Below are positions 1-11,025 of a stretch of DNA of 41,935 bases, in pieces. Under the pieces are notes generated by a model. The model saw only the letters and a program-made list of their open reading frames with translations. It was not told where the DNA came from and made no database searches. Both the position numbers and the translations under genes were made by a program. The number at the start of each line of letters is the position of its first letter. Within the stretch, counting starts at the first letter, position 1. Origin of the DNA: Coniocarpon cinnabarinum (Eukaryota); assembly GCA_051942205.1 (NCBI GenBank), contig JAVECO010000191.1, positions 1 to 41,935 of the forward strand, in the 5' to 3' direction.

Positions 1-832
1 CCCTCCCCGTCCCCTCCACGCCATCCTCTCTGATCAAACCAACCTCCCCTTTCTCCAAAACACCCCGCGTGACCTCAGCAATCCTCCCCTTTTCCTCCGG
101 GCTCCAACTCCCCGCCATGATGTTGAAATTCCCACTCAGAGCCTTCGCCAACCCCTCAAGATCATCCGCCCACTGCACCTCCTCAATCTCACTGACATCA
201 ACATCACCAAATCCTGCCTCCGTCAATAACTCAATGAGAGTCGATGGCTCGGCCCATTTATTGAACCCTGAGACGCCGATCGATGGACTGACTGGTTTGA
301 TCTGGTCCTGCACGAGGCTGAAGATGGGCGTGAGTGGTGTTTCTTTCCCGGTGGTGATGGCCACCACGCCGGGTTTTCTGAGGGTGCGGTAGATTGCTTT
401 GACTGCGGCAAGCGGATCGGGAAAGAACCAGATGCTGCAGTGTAATACTGATGCATCGAAGGAGTTGTCACGCAAGTTGAGAGACTGTGAGTCCATGACG
501 TGCGCTGATACTTTGCTATTCCAGTCATTCCGTTGGATCGTAGCATAAAGTGCTGAGATCATGAGGGGACTGGCGTCTGTAGCCGTCACTTTGCCGTTGG
601 GATACTGAGACAGGAAGGAAGAAGTGACGGCGCCGGTGCCGCATGCGTTGTCATGAATATGAGGGCTGTGTGGGAGGGTGTGGGAAAGGGACGAAATGAT
701 ATGGGTTGCTAAAGGCCGGGTGATGGTGCCCATTCTTGTTTCGTAGTCATCTTGCGTAGAAGTGAAGGAGGTTAGGATTTGGCGCCTTGATACCTCAGCA
801 GTAGTGTCGCTTGGGGTTGCGGTTGTGGCCAT
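1..832 (-). CDS. Class I SAM-dependent methyltransferase (Methyltransf_11/25, UbiE-like); 3' end runs off the window
   Basis: Not in the ORF track because it has no stop inside the window. Manual translation from ATG 832 is open to base 1: MATTATPS...IHDNACGTGAVT (motif I)...VTATDASPLMI (acidic post-I)...LRDNSFDASV...FFPDPLAAVKAIYRTLRKPG (motifs II/III). Confidence 0.85.
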   Translation of the reverse strand, partial: MATTATPSDTTAEVSRRQILTSFTSTQDDYETRMGTITRPLATHIISSLSHTLPHSPHIHDNACGTGAVTSSFLSQYPNGKVTATDASPLMISALYATIQRNDWNSKVSAHVMDSQSLNLRDNSFDASVLHCSIWFFPDPLAAVKAIYRTLRKPGVVAITTGKETPLTPIFSLVQDQIKPVSPSIGVSGFNKWAEPSTLIELLTEAGFGDVDVSEIEEVQWADDLEGLAKALSGNFNIMAGSWSPEEKGRIAEVTRGVLEKGEVGLIREDGVEGTGR

Positions 833-1072
833 GTTCGTCGTGGTGGATGATTTGCTGATGAGTTCAGAACTTTTCAAGGGTGGTCAGAGGATGATCGTCC
901 ACAGTTGACGAGCTGCTCAAGAGTTTGGACAGCGTTATACAGCGTGTTCTTATATGCGGGCCAGGATGATGATTGTACCTGCATGCGCCTCGAAGCAGTT
1001 TAGAGCTTATTCAACCTACCGTTCCAGCGATAACCCTTTCTGGTCTTGCGGGCTTACGTGAGTCGTTCTCGC

Positions 1073-3238
1073 CTATTCTTCGCCCCCACCGCTGCCGGTA
1101 CTTGCATCACTGCCGCTTTCAGCTTCATCTTCCTCATTTTCTTCAATCTCTCCTTCGTGCTCGTCCTCTCCATCGTCATCGTCATTGTCATCGTCATTCT
1201 CATCTTCATCTTCATCGTCGTCCAAAGAGCCAGTAACCTTCCATGCTGCACTGATATCCCACCGATCGCCTGGGGCGCTTCGACTAACATACTTCACAAA
1301 TCGCATTGTTCCTTTGTCGCGTAGCACTATCGTAAGCGTATTCCACGACGCAGGCTGGTTGAACAAGACGCCGTCGTCTTCTTCGTCTTGCTCGCCGTAG
1401 GCTTGGTAGACAGCCGGGTCCGCTTTGCCGCTTCGTCGTTGGCCGGCGCCAGTTGCGGTGGAGGGGTTTGCAGGGGCGTCGACTGACGCGGTGTCATCAT
1501 CGTCGTCGCCAGCGAGGTAGGCTTCGTAGCCGCCGACCTTTGTGTCTTCAGTACTCGACTCTGCTCGTGTGAGTGCTGGCCTGACTTGAGTCTTTGGTGT
1601 TTCTTGAACGCCTGAATTGTCAGGAAGAGTACCCGGGACGTCATCTTTGCTCGCGTGTTCTCCCACGTTGCCCTCACCTTCGGTTTCCTCTACAGCGTTT
1701 GCGCCCCAGCCATCTGTGGGCGTCAGACCAAGGCAGACTTCGAGCTGAGGCTCTTCCTCGTTATAGCTGGTAGCAAGACTGTAATCTTGACCCCTTCGGA
1801 ATCGACGCGCCAGCACGTCGAACTCCCCAAGTCTCAGACCGGTCGCTAAGCATAACCACTTGCGAAAAGCGAGACTGGGTATCAGCTCCTGTAAGACCTC
1901 CCAAATGGGCATGCGCCGTTCCAAGTCTTCCGTCTGTGGAGCATTAAACTTGGTGGGATAAGAGTAGAGATAGCGGTGCTTGTGAGGAGGTCGTGCTGTT
2001 GCCCAAATGTCGCGAGCCTTGTCATCGCTTTCCCTGTCATCTGCTTTGCGAACCAGCTCGTGAAGCTCAGGAGCATACTTAGGCGAAAGGATCTGTGCTA
2101 GGCGTAACGATGAATCTTCTGTGAATGATTCGCGCAAAGAGGAGACAGTGTCCGGTGTGAGGTATCTTGGATTCATGTATTTTATGAGAAGATCAAGATC
2201 TTTTTCACTGAGTTCAATAACGTCAGACACCGTTAAGCTGTTCTCCTCTGCGCGTACGTATTTCCCAAACCTTCCGTCTGGCGGTTCGGTCCAGTGTGGT
2301 TTGGGCTCTTCGAACTTATCCGCTTTACCCTGTAATTGGGCACGCGAGCTTTTCTGAGCTTGCTTCTCTTCTGCACCCTCTTCGTACCCTTCTTCGCCCT
2401 CTTGCGGAATGTGATACCAACCACTGATTGCCATGCGTACTCTTCCGCCGTCCTCCTCTTCTTTGTCATTCGGGCCTCTAGCGTGTACTTCCTCCACATC
2501 GTGATAGCTCGTTCCCGGCTGGACCGCAAAAAAGCTCAGCTGGCCAAAGGCGGGTGGGACACTCCTGCTATGCTCCGTCCCAGGAATTGCGACTTCATCA
2601 CCGCTCGAAACCTCCTTGCTCTCCATGGGATAGAGGCGCAGCGCGCCTCCCCACTCTGGTCGCCAGGGCTTGTCGGGATCCGTGAGGTATAAGATGTAGC
2701 TGACACGTCGACTGCCAATCACGTCGTCGTGGCAGAGTAGATGACACCCAGGAGTGTACACGTTCACAGCCATGTCAGTCTTCTTCCCAGACAGCTTTCC
2801 TGCGCCTGTGATTCCACTGAGATACTCCCTAAAGTCGCGACTATATAGAGCATCGCGCAGCTTGACCAGGCTCGGCAGCCGGTCCAGGGCAGCCGAGTCG
2901 AGGCCATCGAGGTTCGCAAGATCGCCGGATTGGTAGATCTTGTAGATGTCTGTTTCTTTCGGTGTGAAGGAAATGTTTGTGGTAATCTCAGAGCGCACGG
3001 AGCGAAGGAGGGTGTCGTCAATGAGTGATGGGATCACACCATGTTTAAATGGCTGAGAAGTATGGTAGGATGCGTTGTGGGACTCAAATGTCTCAGTGGT
3101 GAAGAGCTGTGGGCGAAAGCGGGATTCAATGTCTGGGGCTGTGGCTGGCCTTTTGGGTGGTGGTGATTCGGGCTCTGCGGATGCTTTTCGCTTGGTCGCC
3201 ATAGCACTGGGTCGTCCACGAGTGTCTGGCTTTGGCAT
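1073..3238 (-). CDS. TPA1: uS12/Rps23 prolyl 3,4-dihydroxylase Tpa1/Ofd1 (2OG-Fe(II) oxygenase plus Ofd1 C-terminal domain)
   Basis: 721-aa intronless ORF containing FTPKETDIYKIYQSGDLANLDGL, HLLCHDDVIGSRRVSYILYL (HxD), YHDVEEV, RMAISGWYH and WNTLTIVLRDKGTMRFVKYVS, plus an acidic tail. The start may be ATG 3202 (MATKRK). Confidence 0.95.
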   Translation of the reverse strand: MPKPDTRGRPSAMATKRKASAEPESPPPKRPATAPDIESRFRPQLFTTETFESHNASYHTSQPFKHGVIPSLIDDTLLRSVRSEITTNISFTPKETDIYKIYQSGDLANLDGLDSAALDRLPSLVKLRDALYSRDFREYLSGITGAGKLSGKKTDMAVNVYTPGCHLLCHDDVIGSRRVSYILYLTDPDKPWRPEWGGALRLYPMESKEVSSGDEVAIPGTEHSRSVPPAFGQLSFFAVQPGTSYHDVEEVHARGPNDKEEEDGGRVRMAISGWYHIPQEGEEGYEEGAEEKQAQKSSRAQLQGKADKFEEPKPHWTEPPDGRFGKYVRAEENSLTVSDVIELSEKDLDLLIKYMNPRYLTPDTVSSLRESFTEDSSLRLAQILSPKYAPELHELVRKADDRESDDKARDIWATARPPHKHRYLYSYPTKFNAPQTEDLERRMPIWEVLQELIPSLAFRKWLCLATGLRLGEFDVLARRFRRGQDYSLATSYNEEEPQLEVCLGLTPTDGWGANAVEETEGEGNVGEHASKDDVPGTLPDNSGVQETPKTQVRPALTRAESSTEDTKVGGYEAYLAGDDDDDTASVDAPANPSTATGAGQRRSGKADPAVYQAYGEQDEEDDGVLFNQPASWNTLTIVLRDKGTMRFVKYVSRSAPGDRWDISAAWKVTGSLDDDEDEDENDDDNDDDDGEDEHEGEIEENEEDEAESGSDASTGSGGGEE

Positions 3239-3442
3239 GTTGAGGCTCCGTAAAGTTCGAGTAGCTTAAGCTCCACAATCAGGTGTATCAGCATTCCCGG
3301 CCGGGGCGGATCCGACAGCCATTGGCCGGCTGGGTAGAAGTTCATGTCCAAAATCCATTTGACCTTGAAGAACTCGAATTCAACGCAAAACAACCTAGAC
3401 GCAGTCGGGTATGCAACATTGAGAATAGTATTCTATCTATCA

Positions 3443-4669
3443 TCACTTCTCTTTGTGCTTCGCACCAGGGTTATACTTGTCTTTCCAGATCCACGTGTTT
3501 CCCAATTCCTTCTTTCCCTTCTCTTCAGCTTTTCTCAAATACTGCGCTGCCTTCCACTTGTCTTTCGGGCCTCCGAATCCCTCCAAATAGCACCATGCAG
3601 CTTCTGACATAGCATCGGTGTCTCCGAGATTGGCTGCCGTCTCGTAGTATTGTCGCGCAGCATTCTTGTCTATCGCCGTGCCCCAACCGTGACGGAAGCA
3701 CTGCGCCATTTCGAATATCGCCAATACCAGCTCGCCCTTCGCCGCACCGCCGCTCCTTGCACCAGCCGACAGTGCTGCGGACTCGATCGCGGCCGAGTTC
3801 TTGGCTGCGAGCGACAAGTACGTCAGACCTTCTTCTCTGTTCTCTTCGCAGCCCCAGCCATGTTGGAGTGCCAGCCCGTACAAAACCTGGCCCAAGGCAT
3901 TGTTGAGCCCAGTTGGATCTGCCAGTTTTCGGAACATCTTCGTGGCTTGTTCAAGTTGCCCCTCATCGTGCAGGCGAATCGCCTTTTGTATATCGACGTC
4001 TCCTTGCTCGTCGCTGACTTTTCGCATGTGGTTTGGCCTTGATGCTCCGTCCAGGCCTCGATGAGGTGAAGCATGTGTGCTCCCCGCTCGCTCGCTTCCC
4101 ACCGTGCTGACACTCCTGCTTCTGCTTCCTGATTCGGCCTGTGCGAGTAATGTCGCGCGCTCCTCCCATCTCGCTTCGGCCTGGGTCTGCTGTTCCTTTA
4201 ACGCGCTCGAGTCTCCATTCGCTTCAGGTGTAACAGTAATCGCCAGCGGCGCGTCTGGGAGATTCTCCGGAACGTGCTCAGATGGCAGGGTCGAGCTGCG
4301 CTTTCGTCCGATGCTAATCCCGCGACTTCTCCGTCTTTCATTTTTGGGCTTTTCAGGACTGGCAAGCGAAGGGTGTAGCGGGGGCGTGCTGGGCGAAGGA
4401 GATCGGCCTGGACTGTCGGGTTGCTTAGGGCGATGAAGTAGGTTGGATAATCTTCGAGGCTTATTGGATGATTTGCTGTTTGACGACAGTGTTGGCTGCT
4501 CTGGCCGATCGTCACCGGGGAAACTCGGAGGATCGATCAATTCCTGATCATTGGTCGTGGTGCGAACGAACTTGAACTCGGGAACTGGAGGTGAGAGTGT
4601 CTGCGGCTGTGCTGCTGTGCTGGCTGCATCGATTCCCTCCTTTTTCTTCAACAGATCGCGCAAAGGCAT
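3443..4669 (-). CDS. Sel1-like repeat protein, Dsf2/Nif1 family
   Basis: 408-aa ORF with a disordered S/P-rich N-terminus, followed by AIRLHDEG..ATKMF, GQVLYGLALQHGWGC, GELVLAIFEMAQCFRHGWG, YYETAANLGDTDAM..CYLEGFG and GNTWIWKDKY, typical of fungal Dsf2/Nif1 Sel1 proteins. Confidence 0.85.
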   Translation of the reverse strand: MPLRDLLKKKEGIDAASTAAQPQTLSPPVPEFKFVRTTTNDQELIDPPSFPGDDRPEQPTLSSNSKSSNKPRRLSNLLHRPKQPDSPGRSPSPSTPPLHPSLASPEKPKNERRRSRGISIGRKRSSTLPSEHVPENLPDAPLAITVTPEANGDSSALKEQQTQAEARWEERATLLAQAESGSRSRSVSTVGSERAGSTHASPHRGLDGASRPNHMRKVSDEQGDVDIQKAIRLHDEGQLEQATKMFRKLADPTGLNNALGQVLYGLALQHGWGCEENREEGLTYLSLAAKNSAAIESAALSAGARSGGAAKGELVLAIFEMAQCFRHGWGTAIDKNAARQYYETAANLGDTDAMSEAAWCYLEGFGGPKDKWKAAQYLRKAEEKGKKELGNTWIWKDKYNPGAKHKEK

Positions 4670-5233
4670 ATTGGCAAACCTTCAGATCAGTGAACCTGGT
4701 GAAGTGTCGATACTCGTGGGGCTGTTCTGTCCGTGAGGTGCAATGCAGAAAGCGAAGTGTCAAGGTACTTGACGAGAGTCGCAACGTTTCTTAAAGAGTG
4801 CAGTCTTCAAGAGATGGAGCTGGGGCATGACAAAGAATGAGCAAGGCAGCGGCGGCAGCCTTGAGAGAGATTAAGTACGCAGGTAGCAAGCCAAGCCGTG
4901 AATCAGAGGATCCGTGATGGAAAGCCTCCACAGCCTCAATGGGTTGGGGCCAAAGCGGGCAGTCCGCGTACTTGCACCACATGCAGCAAAGGAAGGGGCG
5001 ACGGCTGACTGCGTAACCGTCTCATGCATCAAAGACGCTCGCATTCGTCATGGCGTTGAAACTGCAATCTCTATGTCCAAAGACTGACCTCCATTACACT
5101 TCCATCCTTTTCGGCGATCCAGCCCTCGCTCTGCGCGCAACTCGACTTCGACGCCGTGTACCTCCTCCGGACTGTGGGTATCTCCTCCACGGACAACTCA
5201 GCGCCCTTCCCGCATTCGACTGGGTATGTAGGA

Positions 5234-8200
5234 TCAGTCCTCGAAGAAGGTCAGGATAGCCTGTACACCCTTGGGACCGAGACCTTTGGGTGGGTAGCAC
5301 ACGTAGATCGGGTCCTCCTCTGCACCCAGCTTCTCCCGAAATTCCGTCTTTTGGGTCAGCTTCAAATCAGTCGCAATGGTGGTGTACGCTCGCTGAAGCA
5401 GCTTGACCTTGGGACCTTTCAGGTTCATGCCGACCTTGAAGTCATTGCTTGCAGCACCACCGAATGTCGCACTCTTCTCTCCCCTTGCTTGGACGGCCTT
5501 CAGCGCGTGGATGATGCAAGCTTCGATCGCCCCATTGGGCGCTCCGGGGAAGTCGAGGGCAAACTTGACCTGCCAGCCGTGCTCTACTGACAGCTGCGCC
5601 ATAATGACCAGCGCGCAGATGGTGCCGTCAGCTGCGACTGCATAGTAATAGGATCGATGGGCCATGTCTTGCCACGGGAGCACCTCCGTCAAGTGAACAT
5701 GCTGATGGCCTTTACGGTTGCCTAGCCAGTCATGCACACGCGCGTCGATCTTGTCGCGGAAGTCTTTCGGTGGCGTTGTGCCCATTTCAATGTCCTTGAT
5801 CTTGACGCCTTCCTTGTCTGCGTGCCTGATCTTGCGCTGGATATCGCCGTTTGAGAACGACTTCATTGCGTTGCCGCCCGACTCTAGGTTCATGCGTTGC
5901 TCAGCTGCGACTGAGAATGTTCGCCAGTCAAATCGGCTGCCAAGAACTTCCTGGGCGGCGTCACCACAAAGCAGCCAGAGCGGTTTCAGGTGTGTTTCCT
6001 TCTTGATGTACTCCAAATAGCCTGCCATGACCTTGGTGTATTGGTTGACATGACACAATGGATTGCCGGTGGTGATCGCAAAGCCATTGTGAGGTGTGTA
6101 ACCAACAGCAGCCCCGGTCTCGGGTTCTCTCCAAACAACACAGCGCTCTTCCAACCACGAGGTGTTGGTAGCGTCACCATAGTTGGCTATGAGCTTCTCC
6201 AGGGGCTGCAGATCTTTGTGAGCAGTTGTCTTGTCAAAGCTTCGGTCATGACCTTCCCATGGCGGATGAAGGGTGGACGCTTCTGGATGCCGTAATCGAG
6301 GTGCTGGTGCTGCGGCAGGGAGCGATTTCGGGTCTCGATGGACAAGGGAGGCGTGTCGAATGTCACCGAGCTGGAGAATGAGCATGACAATTCGCTCAAG
6401 ACCAACACCAGCCCCAGCGTGAGGAGGCGCTCCCCACTCGAAGCCTTGCATGTATTCCGCCATCGAGCTTGGATCCATCTTGGCCTTCTTCATCCGCTCG
6501 ACCAGCATGTCAGCATCGTGGACACGCTGGCCACCACTGATAATCTCTTGTCCGCGCACGAAGACATCAAACGCATTGGTGGTATCTCCATTGTCAGGAT
6601 CAGGCATCGTGTAGAATGGTCTAGCGGAGAGTGGGAACTTGTCGATGATGTAGTAGTCGACGCCGAACTTCTCCTTAATCACGCGGCCAAGCTGTATCTC
6701 ATCTCGAGTGCCGATATCTTCATTGACTGGCAAGGGTTTGCCGTCCTCGCCTTTCCAGCCAGTTTCATTGAGTATCGAAATGGCGTCTGCGAACTTAAAC
6801 ACTGGAGTCTCCTTGGCCCAAATCAGGTCTTCGTGCGGATATTGCCTCTTGATGAGATCGATTTCGTTCCTGAAGTTTTTGTAGACACCCTCGAAAATGT
6901 GCTTCAGACAGTGATCCACAGCACGAAGAGTTTCATGATAGTGCTCGTCGATGGCCATTTCCAGGTCCAAACCAGTGTACTCAGTCAAGTGGCGGTGAGT
7001 GTTGCTGTTCTCAGCACGGAACACCGCGCCAATCTCGTAGACCTTTCCGAAATCCGCCGCCACGCTCATCTGCTTTGCCAATTGTGGACTCTGGGCAAGG
7101 AAAGCAGGTCGACCAAAATAGTCAACTTTGAATACACTCGCGCCAGACTCAGTTGCGGCACCTTGAAGTTTTGGCGAGTGAATTTCGATGAAGCCTTGAC
7201 CGTCTAGGTATTCGCGAAAGAACTTGCACACGCCTGCTTGGACTCTGAAGATAGCCTGAGACGTCGTAGTTCGAAGATCGATAATACGAGCGTTCTGACG
7301 AGCTCTGTCAGAGACATGGTGTTTGGTCGAACCTTCGGCATTGGCCTCTTGTTCAGAGACCTCTGCTTCGTTTACGGAAAATGGAATGTGTTCAGAAAGC
7401 TTGGACACAATATGCATCTCTTCGACCATGACTTCCATGCCATGGATGTGAGCACCGGTAACTTCGCCTTCCTTTGCCTTGGGCTGCTGGATGGTGCCTT
7501 TGACGTCGACGATGGACTCGACGGGGATGTGCTCAGCCCAATGGACCATGAAGTGAGTGATCTTGTCGGACTCTTGCAGCACTCCCTGGATCGTCTCTGT
7601 CTGCTGTCTGAAGATGAAGAAAGCTAATTTGCTGCTCATCTTTCGATAGTTGTGTATTCGCGCACGGAAGATCACGGACTGTCCAATGGAGCTGTTGTTC
7701 AGATTCGTGAGGCGTATCAGCTGGCTCTCTCGCCTGTGTTGTGATGTCAGTAGCTGTGCAGAGGACGTGGCTTCTGAACTTACCATGGCCCCGAATAGTT
7801 ATTCACTGGCGCCCAACCATATTTCTCACGCATCTCGGGAGGGTCAGTGCAGTTAGCAGCCTTCATTTGCTCATCACGACGCTTGTGCAGCTCCTCTGTC
7901 TGCTTGTCATGCCAGTTCGTTTTCTCTTCCTTTTCATGATGCTTCTCATGCTTGCGCATCTGGTTCTTGCTCATGTCTTCGCCTTCACGGTTCTTGGGAG
8001 CTTCAAGCTGAGTGCTGGACCGAGAGGGGCTGTGGCCAGGCATGTGGATTCTGCTAAACGCAGCCCGAGGTTTGCTCATGATTTCGGGGCCTCTGCTGGT
8101 CTTGCGCTCGTCCCCGCGTTCCACGCCTACCTGCTGCACCACGGAATCCGCATGTTTGCTGCTGGTCGTGCTGGCCGTGCTTGCACGATTGGGAGACTCA

Positions 8201-8343
8201 ATCTTGCCAGAAGATGCGGGACTCATTTCGCGCGTAGCCGTCGAGGGTGTCGAAGCCGTCGAGGCATGGTCACCGGCACTCTCGCTGGCACGGCTGTTCT
8301 TGTGGCCAGGTTTGAGGCTGAATTTCCTAAACACCCCGGACAT
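5234..8343 (-). CDS. erdS: Ergosteryl-3-beta-O-L-aspartate synthase: aspartyl-tRNA synthetase fused to a DUF2156 aminoacyl-tRNA transferase (~1019 aa)
   Basis: Exon 8343-7784, 50-nt intron 7783-7734 (GTAAGT..ACTGAC..CAG), exon 7733-5234; the join reads SGPW-RESQL in frame. AspRS motifs: FLAQSPQLAKQ, FRAENSNTHRHLTEY, GAPPHAGAGVGLER. C-terminal ~330 aa DUF2156-like region: LIANYGDATNTSW, GWQVKFALDFPGAPNGAIE, TFGG, FREKLGA. Confidence 0.92.
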
Positions 8344-9438
8344 ATTGGCACGCGGGGCGTTGCAGCCACGGAGCTCTCGCTATCGGACAGGAAAGATGGT
8401 TGGACAGGGTTTGTGGGATCTGCAGGGTCGGTGTAAAAATGATAGAGTAGACTTGCTCAGCTGTCAACAACAATTCAGATTTATAGGATGTGCTCGCTGA
8501 GAATGACGGCGGGGCGAGACCCAATGGGTAGAATGCACTTGAAGGTGTTGTCGATCGTGGGAGCAGCTAGCCGGATGGTCCGACGAGGGGATGACGTCCA
8601 AGCGGGCTCCTGCACTCTACTGACAGAGGCACGAAGAGACGAAGGACGAGGCAGAAGGGAGCCAGTGGGGAGCAGAGGAAATAAGTGGAAAAGCTCGGAC
8701 TGCTGGATGCGCAAGAGCTAGCGCTGCCGGCTGCCGTCTTTGCTGGGGTGGAGAGGTCGACGAGGTAGGAGGTACGGAGTACTCAAGATACCCGCTGTGC
8801 ACGATGGCATCCGATGCAAGTCAGATCAGGGTCTTGCGCAGACGACGATGCTATTTTCCGCGTCGTGCGCTTAGCCATGCACAGGACAGGACATCAAGAC
8901 CTACATACATACTCGCCACGAGGCGGGAGAAGAACAGCTTGGCAATAGATACGCCCTTTACCCTACCGGGAGCCGCAATGAGCTTTCTTTCATGACTCGC
9001 CATTGTCCCACATTGTTGTCCGCTGAGAAATAGACATCGCTTTGATTTTCCATCAAGTTCCGACCGGCTCGTTGCTGATGCTTACTATTCGCTCACGCAC
9101 GGTGTGACCCACACCCACACTCGGGCACGTCGCTCGCATTGTCGCGCGCGATGGGCCAGCACCAGGACTCCAGCTGGATGGGAAGGACAGGAAGGATGGA
9201 CCGGAAGATTCGGATAGAGCTTGCATACGGGAGGCCGACTTTGGGTTCTAGCGGGGACGACTAGGAGGAGTAGCATGACTAGACCACGCCCTCTACCCTC
9301 TTTGCAGCTCAAGGGTCCTCGGTCTCCATCTCATTTGTGGCTGGTACCTGCACCACCAGTCTTGGTCTGGAACACCGCGCTCGTCTCAATGGACCCCGAC
9401 TGCTCCAACCAAAGGGCCACCACACCACTGCCCAAGCT

Positions 9439-10814
9439 CTACATGTACCGCCAGCCGCTAAAGTCCTCAGCAAACTTCACCGCTGCCTTGAGGTAGAATT
9501 GAGACGCATCTCCCCATGTCTCTGCAGCATTCATCATCGCGCGAAGACCTGTATTGATGTTAGTGCTGACGCGCTAGCACAAAGTATAGTGACCACCTGA
9601 GTCTTACCTTTCACGTAATGTGCATCGGTTGCATGTCGAGAGTTGATGGCCAGGTCGTTGACATATGGCCAGTCTTTACCCTTCACGTCAACGTCTTCGA
9701 TTTCTTTGAGATTGATCGCCGGTCGAAGCTGTCCGATGTATGACATGAGTGTGAAGAGCCACCACTGCCGCACGAGTGGGAGCTGGTGTTGTTTCGGTAC
9801 CTCAGGCAACAGAATTCGCACCGCGTGAGATGTCGTCAACACGTGAAGCAGGAAGAAATCATACCGGCCCGACTTTTCACGTGTCGCGACCGTGATTGCT
9901 GTCGCTGCCCGTTGAGACTCGGCAAACTGCTCTCGTGGATCGGAGTCGAGATCCCATGCATTCCAATAGTCGAGCACGATATCCTCTTTCTTGTCCATGA
10001 CGGACTCCACGCTTGTCTCGCCTCGCATGCTCGAATGGTCATCGAGACGCTGGTCACCCGCAACTTTGGTGAGTATCTCCATCATGGACTTGGATTTGAA
10101 AGAAGATGGCCTCGTGTAGGAGGGGTCGTTGAGATACTTGGCATTGTCCGTATAGAAGCAAGCGGTAAGCCCCAGCGTTTCAGTGGCGACAGTTTGTGAC
10201 GCCAACTCGTATGCGTAGCCCAGGTGTATCACTGGATGGCCTAATCCTGACACGATGACGGAGTTGATGAGGGGCTCTTTGCCTTCATAGAGGTAGTGCT
10301 CAAGCAGGCGCTTCCAGTCATAGCCAAAGCGAACTAACTCATCCTCGAAGAAGTCGACGTACGCGCGCGCAAAGTTTCGTTTGCTTAAGTATTCGCGCCA
10401 ATCATCCCTGGAAATCTCAGAGGGTGAGTCCGCCCACGGGTCTAGTTCTCTATCCTCCACATCGTAAATCTTCTGCATCTGCTCTGCATTCGCCCCCAGA
10501 ATATGGGCAGATCCGAGAATGTGCGGTGCATGGTTGTGGAATCTCAAGTGGTTGTAAATGATGGAATGGTTGGTGTGGTTGGCCTTGAGCAGATGTTTCA
10601 GAGTTCGAGCACGCCTGTCGGTGCTGGTTTCGACGTCGTGGGCAGGCACCTGGTCCAAGCTCATTAGATTGGCGCCGGTGCTGTTAGCACGAGAAGACCA
10701 TCGAAACGGCGACGGGATCGAGGAGAACATCTTTCTGAATCCTCCTTGACGTTGCGCAACTAGAAGCATCAATACTGAAAGCAAGAGAACCCAAATCCTG
10801 GAGTTCTTCCACAT
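9439..10814 (-). CDS. Questin oxidase-like / HypA-AflY (DUF4243) family protein
   Basis: Motifs RFHNHAPHILGS, SGLGHPVIHLGYAYEL, YDFFLLHVLTTSHAVR and DAHYVK. A 59-nt intron 9607-9549 (GTAAGA..ACTAAC..CAG) adds the last exon GLRAMMNAAETWG...GWRYM* ending at 9439. Alternative start at ATG 10730. Confidence 0.85.
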
Positions 10815-11025
10815 GTTACAAGCTTTAGGCGGTAGCTATAAGTGCCCGCTCTTTGAAACTGTCGCCACCAGCAGCATTCGGCACCGTTCAGCCGATTTGT
10901 ACTAGCCTGCTGCGCTATCCTTGACCTGGTAAAGTCAAGCTCCGTTCTCTTCCCGGAAAGCTGCCTAATCGGTTTGCGACATCCAGACTTCATCGTCACA
11001 GTACCTATACACTCATCGTTGAGCA

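Noticed and set aside
6338..8500. Long plus-strand ORFs (289, 129, 231 and 162 aa)
   Set aside because: Antisense shadows of erdS with no independent motifs.
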